A stretch of DNA of 64,000 nt from an uncultured Planctomycetota bacterium (GTDB lineage Bacteria; Planctomycetota; Planctomycetia; Isosphaerales; Isosphaeraceae): NCBI GenBank assembly GCA_963823665.1, contig CAWGMQ010000008.1:1728001-1792000 (forward strand). Reading direction: 5' to 3'. Each line of letters starts with the position of its first letter. Positions within the stretch are counted from its first letter, which is position 1. Positions 41,146 to 52,427 of the stretch are shown piece after piece. Made by a program: the position numbers and the translations under genes. The notes below the pieces were generated by a model. It was not told the origin of the DNA, did no database searches, and saw only the letters and a list, made by a program, of their open reading frames with translations.

Positions 41146-41292
41146 CGAACCAAGTTACCAACAGACCACCTATTTTGCCAATATCGGACCTGACCCCGTT
41201 TTCCTCCCGCATGATGTGCGGGGGCCGTGAGTTGATGTGAGTTCTGATGCGCGGCGAGCGGATCACTGTGGGTGACGCCCTTCACCCCCTGG

Positions 41293-41312
41293 CCCCCCTT
41301 GGCAAGGGGGGG
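41293..41312. repeat. REP-like hairpin CCCCCCTT-GGC-AAGGGGGG
   Basis: Perfect inverted repeat in intergenic DNA near the RAYT gene. Confidence 0.55.
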
Positions 41313-41742
41313 AAAGGGACGGGTGGAGGCTTCCGCTCGAGCGCGGTGCTTCGAGCGGAACGCTGGCGGATTACGGGGCGTTGGCGAGGCGCTTGACTCC
41401 AATCACTTACCTCAGGTATTTCAGTTTGATAATCTGGATGTCGTCGACTCGCGGTCGCTCTGGTTCAGGAGGCACGGTTTCCAGGACGATGACCTGCCCT
41501 CGTCTGTCGGGCTCCCGCGAGGCGGAATGCGAGACGCGCCGAATCGATGCGCGGAGGCGAGAGGGTTCCTCCTGCCAGAACTGTGAGAGAAACGAAGCAA
41601 GGGTCGTGACGAGGCGGGCGCGGCGAAGTGAATTGCCAGGCATTGAGATGACATCACCAGGGGTCGGGTGAGCTGCCGCAGCAGGGCGTCGAAGAACAAC
41701 TTCGGGGTTGCATCATTCGCTCGTATGAGAGGACGAATTGTG

Positions 41743-44700
41743 ATGCGCAAAGCCGCAATTGGATCCGGGCGTTCCAGGACTCGCACTCTTCGCAGGACAC
41801 TGACCCGGTTCCGGCTCGAGTGGCTCGAGCCTCGTGAACTGCTCACGGCGTATACCGTCACCGATACGAGCGACAACACGAGCATGGGCTCGCTGCGGTG
41901 GGCGATTACCCAGGTCGATGGTGACTCAAGCCTCGACACCATCAAATTCGCGATTTCGGGAACGGGGGTCCAGACAATCGACCTGGGCTCACCATTGCCC
42001 CAAATCACCAATTCCGTCCTCATCGACGGCACCACGCAGAACAATTCCTCGGGACCACCGCAGATTGCGATCAATGGGGCCTCCCTATCTTCCTCTGCCT
42101 CGGTCCTTGATGACACGGGGGGATCGTTCACGATCAAGGACGTGGCGATCGTCGGCTGCCCGGGGACAGGGATCGAGTTGACCGGGGGCGCGAACGATTT
42201 GATCGAGGGATGCTACGTTGGAACGTCCGACGGCGCGCATGCCACGGCCAATGGCACAGGCATCGAGCTATTCGGTTCAGCGGATGTCACGATCGGAGGG
42301 ACGAGCGCCGCCAGCCAGAACGTCATTTCGGGCAACACGCAAAATGGCATCGAGCTGGCACCCGGTTCAAACAATGACGACGCCATCGGCACACTCATCG
42401 AGGGAAACATCATCGGCCTCGTGGCGGGGGGCACGGCGCCCTCGGGAACGGCAGCGACGGCATCTTTCAGAATGGCGCCAACAACACGACGATCGGCGGC
42501 ACCACGGCGCTTCAGCGAAACATCATCTCTGGTAACTCGGGAGATGGGATCTCCCTCGGTACCGGTATCGACTCGCTGGTGGAGGGTAACTATCTCGGCA
42601 CCGATACGACGGGTATGGTGGCCCTGGGCAACAACAACGGCTTGAATTTCACCAACGCGTCGTATGCCACGATCGGCGGGACGGTGAGCGGGGCCGGCAA
42701 CCTGATCTCGGGCAATAACGGCGGCGGGATCAACTGTTTTGTGCTGGGCTCGACGGCTGAGCTGATCGAGGGGAACCTGATCGGGGTGGACATCACCGGC
42801 AGGCGTGCGCTGCCGAACAAGAGCCACGGCCTCCGGATCGCCGGCCCGACCAACTGCACGATCGGGGGTACGGTCGCGCGCGCGGCGAACGTGATCTCCG
42901 GCAACGGCGGTGACGGAGTAAACCTCACCGTCGGCCCCGCCAACGGGACGTACGTTCTCGGCAACTTTATCGGCACCGACTCCTTCGGTGACAACCTCGG
43001 CAATGTGGGCCGCGGCGTTGACATTGGGTCCGACGACGTCACGGTCGGCGGCACCGCCAGTGGCGCCGCCAATGTGATCGCGTTCAACGGAAGCTCAGGG
43101 ATTTTCGTTGGTGGCAACCTCGATCACAATTCCTTTCTTTCCAACTCGATCTACGACAACACCGACCTGGGCATCAACCTGGGCAACGGCCCGACTCCGA
43201 ACCATCTCGACGAACAAGGCTTCACCATACCTGCACCGAACGACTATCAGAACTATCCGGTCTTGACGTCGGCGACGTCCACATCAAAGTCGACCGAGAT
43301 CATCGGCACGCTCAATGCGTCGGCCAGCACATCTTATCTCGTCCAGTTTTTCGCGAGCCCCACCGCTGATGCCTCGGGATTTGGACAGGGCCAGCTCTAC
43401 CTCGGCAGCGCGACCGTGCCGACCGGAGCGAACTTTAACGCAAGCATTAACGCCACAGTGAACACCGCGACTCCGGCCGGCTGGGTTGTCTCGGCCACCG
43501 CGACCGACCCGCTGGGCAACACGTCCGAGTTTTCACAAGACGTCATTCCGGTGGCCAGTGCCGACATGGGCGTCGCGATCACCTCGTCGCCTACTTCGGC
43601 GGCGTATGCAGGCAGCAACCTGACATATACGGTGACGGCCACGGCGAACGGGCCGGGGACTGCTCAGGGCGTGACCGTCACCGATACGCTGCCGGCGAAC
43701 ATCGGCCAGAACGTGATCGCAAGCACGTCGGTCGCCGGCGTCACGCCGATCATTTCCGGGAACACAGTGACCGCCGATTTCGGCGCTATGGCCGCGAACA
43801 CGTCGGCAATGCTCACCATCACGGTCGTGCCGACCGCCGCCGCAATACCCCAGATCACCGATCAGGCGACGGTCACCACCCAGGGTAGCATCGACCCCAA
43901 CCCGAACAACAACTCTGCCTCGCTCACGACCACGATCGATCCCGCGGCCGACCTCGCACTTTCCCTGGCGGGGCTCCCGAGCACGGTCACCGTCGGCAAT
44001 TCAGTCACATACACATTGACCGCGACGAACGCCGGTCCTTCGGATGCGGACGACGTTGTCGTGACGGATATCCTGCCACTGGATATCACTTCGTCCGTGA
44101 CGGCGAGCACGTCGGTTGGCGGCGTGACGCCCACGGTTGCGAACGGTCAGGTCACGGCGGACCTCGGTACTCTCGCCATGGGCGCGTCGGCCACGGTGAC
44201 GATCACCGTCGTGCCCGACGGCGCGGCGGTTCCCCAGATCATCGACAGCGCCTTCATTTCCAGCAGTACTTATGATCCTGACCAGGGCAACAACTCGCCC
44301 CCCGCGGTGACAACGACGGTCAACCCTGTTCCAATGAGCGACCTGTCGATCACGATGTCGGGCGCGCCCGACCCCGTCTACGCCGGCAGCAACTTGACCT
44401 ACACGATCAAAGCAACCAACAGTGGGCCGTCGACCGACCCGGACGCAGTCGTCACCGACACGCTGCCGGCCAACGTGACCTTCGTGTCGGCCACCGGCGG
44501 GGTAACGCCTTCAGGCGACGTTTTGACGCTGCCGCTGGGCGGCCTGGCTTCGAATTCCACAACCACGGTGACCATCGTCGTGACCCCGACGGCTGCGGCG
44601 GCGGGCTCCGGTAGTGCCTCGATCACGAATAGCGCGGTGATCACCGGAGAGTACAACAGCAACCTCCAGAATTCGGCCTCGACGTCGACCACGGTGATGG

Positions 44701-47330
44701 CCTCGACAGCCATCGCGATCCAGGTCGCGCCGCAGCCCACAACGGCCCAGGCCGGCCAGGACTTGACGTACACGGTCACGGCCACCAACAACGGTCCGTC
44801 GAATGCCACCGGCTTGGTCTTGACCGACACGCTTCCTTCGGTCATCGGGGCAAACGTGTCCGCGATGACCTCGGTACCTGGTGTGACTGCTGTCGTCTCA
44901 GGTGGGCAGGTGACCGCGAGCTTCGGCGAGGTGGACCTCAATGATTCGCTTACGTTGACGATCACCGTTGTGCCGACGCTTGCGGCGGTGACTGATTCGC
45001 CGCTGGTCGACACCGCAACGGTCACCAATAACGAATTCAATTCCGACCCGAATACCGCGATGAGCTCGGTGCCCGTGGCGCCGGTGAGCAACCTTTCGAT
45101 CACCATGTCGGGTCCGCCCGGCTCGGTCGGTGTCGGGAGCGACGTGACGTATACGATCAGTGCGAGCAACAGTGGGCCCTCGACCGACCCGGACGCGGTC
45201 GTGACCGACACACTACCGGCCAACGTGACGTTCGTGTCGGCCACGGGCGGAGCGACTCCGTCCGGAGGCGTGCTAACCTTGCCGCTGGGCAGCATGGCGC
45301 CAGGCGCCATGACCACGATGACGATCGTGGTGACGCCCACCGCGGTTGCGGCCGGCACGGGCACCGGTTCGATCACGAACAGCGCCGTCATCACGTCGCC
45401 ATCGGACGCCAACCTCGAGAACTCGGCGTCGGTGCAGACGACGGTTACGGCCGTGACGGCGATCGGGCTTCACATGACGGCGACGAACGGCCCGAATTAC
45501 GTCGACGGGGACCTGGAGTACACGATCACGGCGACGAACAGCGGCCCGTCGAACGCCACCGGCGTGGTGCTGGCCGATACACTTCCTGGAGACATCAGCT
45601 CGAACGTGACGGCCACCACGTCGGTGCCGGGGGTGGGTGCCTCGATCGCGGGCGGTCAGGTGACCGCGGACTTCGGTGCACTGAACGTCGATGAGTCTGT
45701 CACGCTGACGATCACGGTGGTGCCGACTGCGACCGCGGTCGCCGACTCGCCGCTGGTCAATCTCGTGAAGGTCACGAACAACGAGTTCGACGCGAGCCCG
45801 AGCACGGCGACGCTGTCGACGACGATCCTTCCCGTCTCCGACCTGGCGATCACGCAGTTCACCGCCGCGCCTGCGGCCGTCACCTACGGGAGCGCGGTCA
45901 CGTATACGGCGGCGGTCATCAACCACGGGCCGTCGCCGGCGACCGGTTTGACAGTGACTCTGCCGATGCCGGCGTTCACCACATTCGCATCGGGGTCGTG
46001 GACCATACCGTCGCACCCAATCGATCTCGCTGGGACCGTCGATCAAGAGGGATCGAACCTGGTCGCCGACATCGGCAACCTGGCGGTCGGCTCGACTGTG
46101 ACGGTCACTATCGTGGTCACACCCCAGCAGGATGCGGTTGGAACGCTCAATGCGACGATCACCGCCTCGGCCGACGGATTCAACGAGACGGCGAGCGCCG
46201 CCACAAACACTTTGCAGACGACTGTCGAAGATCAGCCGGGGAACTTGCAATTCAGCGCGGCCGGCTACGAGGTGCCCGAAACCGCCGGTTCCGCGACCAT
46301 CACCGTGATTCGGACGGACGGGCTGCGAGGGCAGGTCTCGGTGAATTTCACGACGGTTCCGATGAGCGCGACCGCCGGCCTCGATTACACACCGGTCGCC
46401 CAGACGGTCGTGTTTCCGGCGGGCGTGGCGCGGGAGACGATTCAGGTGCCGGTGCTGGCCGACCCGTACGATGACCGCAATGAGCTGGTGGGGCTTGCCA
46501 TCAGCGATCCGACCGGGGGCGCGGCATTGGGCGCCGTGACGACAGCGACTTTGACGATAGAGGACACCGACCCGAACTCCACCGTGCCGATGGTCTCGGC
46601 CGTTCAGTGGACGGGGACGGCACGATCGATCACGAGCCTGATCATCAGCTTCAACGAGCCACTTGCGGCCGCGACTGCCGACAACCCCGCCAATTTCGAG
46701 CTGGCCGGGGTGGGCAAGAAGGGTACGTTCAGCACACAGCACGACATGCCGCTGGCTATTGAGCCGCCGGTATACGACCCGTCGAACTTTACGGTTACGC
46801 TGGTTCCCACTCACGCGTTGGGGATCAATCAGTTTTACAGCTTGCTTCTCAAAGGCACGCCGGGTGGAATTACCAATGGCGGCGGCATCGAGCTGGCCGG
46901 CGCAGGGGCTGGCCAGATCGGAACGAATTTCACTGCGTTGTTTGCGCAGGGGACGAACCTGAAATACACGGACGCGGGCGGAAACCAGGTTTCGTTCGGC
47001 GTCAAGGGGGGTGGTTACCTCCAGGATCTGCTCACGGGCTCAGGGGTAGGCCAGCGGCTTGTGCTCGTCGGCGAGGTGCCACACCGCACGATTGTTAGCG
47101 GCAGTGTCAAGCAGGGTAAGCACGGCACCGGCCGGGCCTATCTGGGCTATTCGTTTTACGGGCTGGGCCAGTTCGGAAATGTGCGGGTGACGCTCAAGAG
47201 CCCGCCGTTCCAGATTCAGCGGTATCCATTCTCGCCAGGTTTGCCGCTGGGTCCGCCGACGGAGCTTGCGCGGGTGAGCAGCGCCGGGCCGGTCGCGGCC
47301 GCGCGGAGACAATCAGCCGGACGCGGGTAG
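41743..47330 (+). CDS. Large surface protein/adhesin: LExLExRxLL export motif, beta-helix repeats, 7 DUF11-like repeats, Calx-beta; frameshift ~42443
   Basis: RLEWLEPRELL; IGGT..NVISGN repeats; NTSEFS; seven (D/N)Lx..TYT.T.TN.GPS units; LQFSAAGYEVPE..GLDYT. Confidence 0.88.
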
Positions 47331-47340
47331 ACGAAAATGC

Positions 47341-47401
47341 GTCAGGCTGAAAGCCTGACGTACTTGGTGGAACAGAATTGTCAGGCCGAAGCCTGACCTA
47401 C
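47341..47401 (-). repeat. Two GTAG-type REP copies between convergent genes; the second supplies the stop codon of the PfkB gene
   Basis: gtcaggctgaaagcctgacgtac and gtcaggccgaagcctgacctac. Confidence 0.75.
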
Positions 47402-48397
47402 TAACTGGGCGATTGAGGCGGTTCCGGTGGTTCCAAGCTGGTGGATGACGATGGAGGCGGCGGCCATGGCGAGCTCCATCGCTTCGCCGTGCCTGGCGCC
47501 TGAGGCCAAGGCGGACGTCAAGTTCGCGGTGACGGCGTCGCCGGCGCCGACGATATCGATTTCGGCGCGGACCGGGTGGGCCGGGACGTGCTCGGGATCG
47601 GCGCCTGGGTGCGCTCCCACGATTCCTTGCTCGGCCAAGGTGACGAAGACGGGCTGGCGAGTGCGGGCGCAGACACTGGCAGCATGCTGTTTCACGGCGC
47701 TCAAACCGACCACCGGGTTGCCTGCCATTCGCGCGAGCTCGGCGGCGTTCATCTTGAAACCGAGTGGTGGGAAATCCGTGAGGCCGCGGCGGCTGTCGGC
47801 GAGGATGATCAGGTTGGGATTGGACTGAAGTGCGCGGTGAGCTGCGTCTTTCACGCGAGCGGTCACGACGCCGGTTTCGGGCTGATCGACCTGATCGAGG
47901 AGGATGAGGGCGTCGACGCGTTCGGACAGACCGACCACAACGCGTGCCAGCTCGCGGTCGATTGCTTCGGGCGTGGTTGTCCAGTTCTTGGAATCGAGGC
48001 GGTTCAACTCGCGCGGGGGACGGCTGGGCTCGATCAAGAGCGGCTTGCAGTAAACGGGTGTTCGGCGCGAGGGGGTGGTGAGGAGGCCGTCGAGAATCAC
48101 GCCGGGGCTGGCGGCCAGGGCCTGGCGCAGCTCGTAACCTTCGCCGTCGTCGCCGCAGAAACCGATGGCGTGGATCTCGGCGATTCCGAGAGCGACCAGG
48201 TTGCTCAGGATCGTGCCGGCCGCGCCCGGCTGGCTGCGGACGGAGACGACGTTATAGACGGTCAAGCCGGTTTCGATCGAGGTTTCATTTTTGGATGGGT
48301 CGATATGTAGGTAACGATCCAGGAAGTAGTCGCCGACGACGGCGATTCGCAGGTGGTGGTAGCGATCGGTGATGGCGGTGAAGCGATCGGGTGTCAT
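47381..48397 (-). CDS. PfkB-family carbohydrate kinase (HldE/RfaE kinase-domain-like)
   Basis: VVGDYFLDRY, PGAAGT, KMNAAE, FVTLAEQG, DIVGAGD. Confidence 0.88.
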   Translation of the reverse strand: MTPDRFTAITDRYHHLRIAVVGDYFLDRYLHIDPSKNETSIETGLTVYNVVSVRSQPGAAGTILSNLVALGIAEIHAIGFCGDDGEGYELRQALAASPGVILDGLLTTPSRRTPVYCKPLLIEPSRPPRELNRLDSKNWTTTPEAIDRELARVVVGLSERVDALILLDQVDQPETGVVTARVKDAAHRALQSNPNLIILADSRRGLTDFPPLGFKMNAAELARMAGNPVVGLSAVKQHAASVCARTRQPVFVTLAEQGIVGAHPGADPEHVPAHPVRAEIDIVGAGDAVTANLTSALASGARHGEAMELAMAAASIVIHQLGTTGTASIAQLVGQASA

Positions 48398-49498
48398 GCG
48401 TCCTGGAGCCGATGGTGGAGATGATGGACAAACATCAGATTATCGCATTGTACATAGTGGAGGGCGCCTGCCATGCGCGAGTAGCTCTTGCAGAACCTGA
48501 GATAATAGGCGGGGTTGTCCTTGGGGGGCTCGCCGCGGGTCCAATCCCAGTTGCCGCCGTCCTGGAGGTCGACGACGTAGATGTGGTGGCCGCGGATGAT
48601 ATCGAGATTGGATTGGAGGCGCAGGTTGTTGACGCAGCTCAGGGCTTTCTCGAAGACCTGAGGACCCATGATGGCCGAGCCGATCGAGAGGACGACGCCG
48701 CCTGCCAAGCTTCTGAGCGAGCCGCCGAAGAGCTTGAAGTCGAGCTCGCCGCGCGGCCGATTGCCGAGCCGCTGAACACGGGATGATTGGCGATGATGTC
48801 GTAGCCGATGCCGGGATGGACGGAGAGCGGAACCTGGTGGCGCGCGGCCTGGGCGAGGATCGAGGCGTGCTTGTGGCGGTGCTCGACGGTGATCCGGCCG
48901 GCGGGCCATTTTTGCTGGTGCATCGTGCGAAGCAGATCGGCGCGGGCGGAGGTCAGCGGGTGGCCGGGCTCGGACGCGATCAGGAGGGTGAGGTGCTCAG
49001 GATCCGGGAGAGTGGCGCCATCTTGGAGGATGAATCGGCCCAGGGACTGGCCGTAGCCGAGGCCATCGAGGCGCCGGCCATGAGGGCGAGGTGGATGTTC
49101 GACGCGGTCTCGTGCCAGGTTCCAAAGGTGCCGGTGGCGACATTCTTCTCGACGGATTCGGTTGATGCGCCGAGCCAGGCATATTCCCAGTCGTGGATGG
49201 TGCCGGCGCCGTTGGTGGCCAGATGGGTGAGCCAGCCGGCGGCCATCATTTGCTCGAGGAGGCGCGCTGCGCCGTTGCGCAGCAGGTGGGCGCCGTAGAT
49301 CAAGACGACGGCGGAGCCGCGGGCGCGGGCGGCTCGGATTTCTTGGGCACAGCCGTCGATCACGGCGGCGAGATGATCGGGGCAGGGGGGAGGGGGGAGG
49401 GCCGGGTCGATGAGGATCTCTTCGGCATTCGTCAAGCTGTGGCGGCTGGCGAGGGGGAGGACTTTCAGTTTGCTGAGGTCGAGGGGCGGGGGGATCAC
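48394..49498 (-). CDS. Conserved protein with deoxyhypusine-synthase-like fold; two frameshifts (~49075, ~48755)
   Basis: YGAHLLRNG, THLATNGAGTIHDWE, SVHPGIGYDII, SIGSAIMGPQVFEKALS, YYLRFCKSY across three frames. Confidence 0.7.
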
Positions 49499-49509
49499 TG
49501 AGGGTTCCT

Positions 49510-50368
49510 TTAGCGGCCGAGCAGATAATTGACAAAGGGGATCGCGTCGCGATAGTCGGGGATGACGGCGTCGGCGCCGACGCCCAGGAGGCGCTGGCGC
49601 TTCCATTCGTCGACGCGGCCGGAGCCGTTGTTGGCCTCATCGCTGGCGACGGCGACGGCCAGGCCGCCGGCTTGCTTGGTGTTTTCGATCTCGACGTAAC
49701 CGTCGCCGAAGGAGAGCAGGTGACGGCCGGTAATGCCGTGCTCCTGGAGAATGCGATCGATCACGATTTTCTTGGAGAACTGCTTAAAATCATCAACGGC
49801 TCCAAAGATATGGCCATTGAAATATCGGGTGATGTCGAGAAGGTCCGGCCTCGCGCTCTACGGCGGAGAGATCGGTGCCGCTGGCGAGGTAGAGGGGGAG
49901 ACCGAGGCCTCGGAGGTGCTCGAGCAGGGGACGGACGCCGTGAACGAGGAGCGCATCGGGCGCGACAGTCCGGCCGGCTAGCGCGGCGGTTCGGGCGCCG
50001 ATGTGCGCTTCCAGGCGCCGGAGGTATTCGTGCTTGTAGGCCAGGGGCTCGTCGGGCCCGCCGCCGCGCTCGCGGATGCGGTCGGCGAGCTGGATCATCT
50101 GGTAGATCGTTTGCTTGCCGTTCAAGCGCATGATGTCGTCGAGGACGAGCTGGCGGAGGGCATCGTCGGTCTCGCCGGGCTGGCGGGGCAGCGCTTCGAC
50201 GAACATGGGGACCATGACTTCGGGCCAGCCCTGGCGGATCAGGGAAATGGTGCCGTCGAAGTCGAAGAGGACGTGGCTGATCTCGGGGCGAGGGGACAAA
50301 GGACGAGGAAGCTCGACGGACGGCCAATCGTTTTGCGGGTGGGACGACGGGTGGAGAGTGGAAGTCAT
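49510..50368 (-). CDS. HAD-family hydrolase; frameshift ~49847
   Basis: LFDFDGTISL, YLASGTD, then SFGDGYVEIE..GADAVIPDY. Confidence 0.85.
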
Positions 50369-50465
50369 TGGCTTAACCTGTGAGGGACCATTCGGGCAGA
50401 GCGGTACGCAATGGCCTAGCGTACGAGCAACCATTTGGGCAGGCCACGAGGAGCACTGCGCGGGG

Positions 50466-51584
50466 TCATGCGGGGGGGCCAAGACCGACGAGGAGTTTTT
50501 CGGCGTTTTTGTGGTAGAGCTTCTCGAGGACGTCTTTGGGGAGGAAGACGCCGTAGATCATCCAGAAGCCCTGGCGGTGGTGGCCGCCGGCGGGGTCGAA
50601 GTACTCGTCGTCGGTTTCCAGGAATCGATAGTACATTCGATAGGCCTGGCGGCCGGGGGATGTGTCGGTGCCGAACATGATTCGATCCTGGTATTTCAGG
50701 AAGAAGCGGCGGGCGGTGTAGGGCTGGCGGCCGAGCTCGGAGATGCGGGCATCGATATCGACATACATGTTGGGATATTCGTCGAGCCAGCGGGCGACCT
50801 CCGCCAGGTCTTCACCGTCATTGGCCATATGGGCGCAGATGAATGTTGTTCTGGGATGGCGGGCGATGACCTTGATTCTCTGGGCGTGGAGATCGGATCG
50901 CTTGGGGAAATCCTTGCCGTAAAAGAGCCACTCGGGGTGCTCGTTCAATTCGTGCCAGCGCTCGCTGCTGCCATCGAGCGGGGTGAAGAATGCGCCGGGG
51001 TCTCCGGTGTGGATCTCGACCGGACGCTTAAAGCGGGCACAGACTTCCCAGATCGGGTCGAGCTTGGGATCGTCGACTGGGAGGAACCGGCCATCGCGAT
51101 AGCGGACTCCCAAACCGAGGGACTTGTGAAACTTGAGGCCCTTGGCGCCGGCTTCGAAGCTTTCGGCGAGGCGGGCTGACTCGCGGTCGGACCAGCTCGG
51201 GTCATCGATTCCGGAGAAGTCGAGCTGGGCATAGGTCAGGAATCGACCGGGGTGGGCCTGATCGAGGGCGGCGAGCGTCTCCTTGAGTCTTTCGCCCCAG
51301 CCGCCGTCCAGGTTGACGACGGTTTGGACGCCGGCTGCGTCCATCTCTTCGAGGTAGCGTTTGACTCGATCTGCGGTGAGGAACGCCTTGCCGGCTCCGA
51401 GGTGGTTATGGACGTCGACGACGGGAAATGCAGGTTTGGGTACCTCGGTCGTCTTGGTGATGAGCATGGACCGAGGGTGCCAATCGCGGAGCTTCAATTC
51501 CTTGATGTCCTGGGAATCCTGGGCCGAGGCGATCTGTGTGCAGACGAGCGCGATGACAAAAAGGCCCGCGAGCGATCGGAGCAT
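50466..51584 (-). CDS. Amidohydrolase family protein, exported
   Basis: Signal peptide; VDVHNH, GAKGLK, IHTGDP, ICAH, MFGTD. Confidence 0.9.
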   Translation of the reverse strand: MLRSLAGLFVIALVCTQIASAQDSQDIKELKLRDWHPRSMLITKTTEVPKPAFPVVDVHNHLGAGKAFLTADRVKRYLEEMDAAGVQTVVNLDGGWGERLKETLAALDQAHPGRFLTYAQLDFSGIDDPSWSDRESARLAESFEAGAKGLKFHKSLGLGVRYRDGRFLPVDDPKLDPIWEVCARFKRPVEIHTGDPGAFFTPLDGSSERWHELNEHPEWLFYGKDFPKRSDLHAQRIKVIARHPRTTFICAHMANDGEDLAEVARWLDEYPNMYVDIDARISELGRQPYTARRFFLKYQDRIMFGTDTSPGRQAYRMYYRFLETDDEYFDPAGGHHRQGFWMIYGVFLPKDVLEKLYHKNAEKLLVGLGPPA

Positions 51585-51681
51585 GACGGCGATCTCCCTG
51601 GATTGGAATGGGGCCTGAGAAGGAAATCCGGCCCAGTGCACTCAGCTTCGGCGAAGCAGGGAAGAGCGTCAAGCGGCAATC

Positions 51682-52177
51682 TTATTTTGCGGACTTTACT
51701 CCGGCTTTGAACGCTGGGTTCTCCTCCATCATCTTCTGGTGCCGGGCTTTGATTCGTGCAAATTCGGCGGGGTGGTCGCCGTTAAACCCAGATGCGGAAC
51801 GAGCAGTCGACGATCTTGCTGCGCGGCGAGCGGGCGGGGTCAACCGCTTTGAGCACGCTCGTTTTTTCGGCCGCCGTGAGCGCGGGCTTCCCTGCAATTG
51901 TCACGTCGGCCTGCCGATCAGTGTGCAAGGTCACCTGCAGGACGATCGTGCGGCGCGCCTGTTCGTTCGCGAATTGAGTTTCGAGCGCACCGATGGCGGG
52001 TTTTACCCAGGCGACGAGCGAGTCGGTGTCAAGCGCGACCTCCGCAATGTTCATCTCCGTCAAGATCTGGATGGAGACTTCGACGTTTTCAGGCTTCTGG
52101 GCGAGGCAGGTGGCGGAGAGCAGGAAGAGCAGAGCGATCGCCATTGAGCATCGGCTGCGAATATGAGCGTGGTCCAT
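51682..52177 (-). CDS. Hypothetical exported protein, possibly frameshifted or internally deleted near 51790
   Basis: Signal-like IALLFLLSATCLAQ; ORF ends abruptly at 51782 with a plausible tail in another frame. Confidence 0.45.
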
Positions 52178-52427
52178 GGCGCGGGCTCGTTTCGAAGAGA
52201 GGATATCCGGCGAAGGGCCGCAGCAACGACAATTGTCACATTTGATCGTAATCTTCGCGGGAAATCGGCTCAAGGTGGTTGTCTCGGAAGGCCGTTTGCG
52301 GAAAGCGGAATTCATTTGCCGGGGTTATGGACAGGACGTATCATGAGCCTGCGGCCGGCCAATCTCGCGGCTGAGCCGATTCCTGCCTGACGATTCCCTG
52401 CCGACGACACACCAGGGGTCTTTGATC

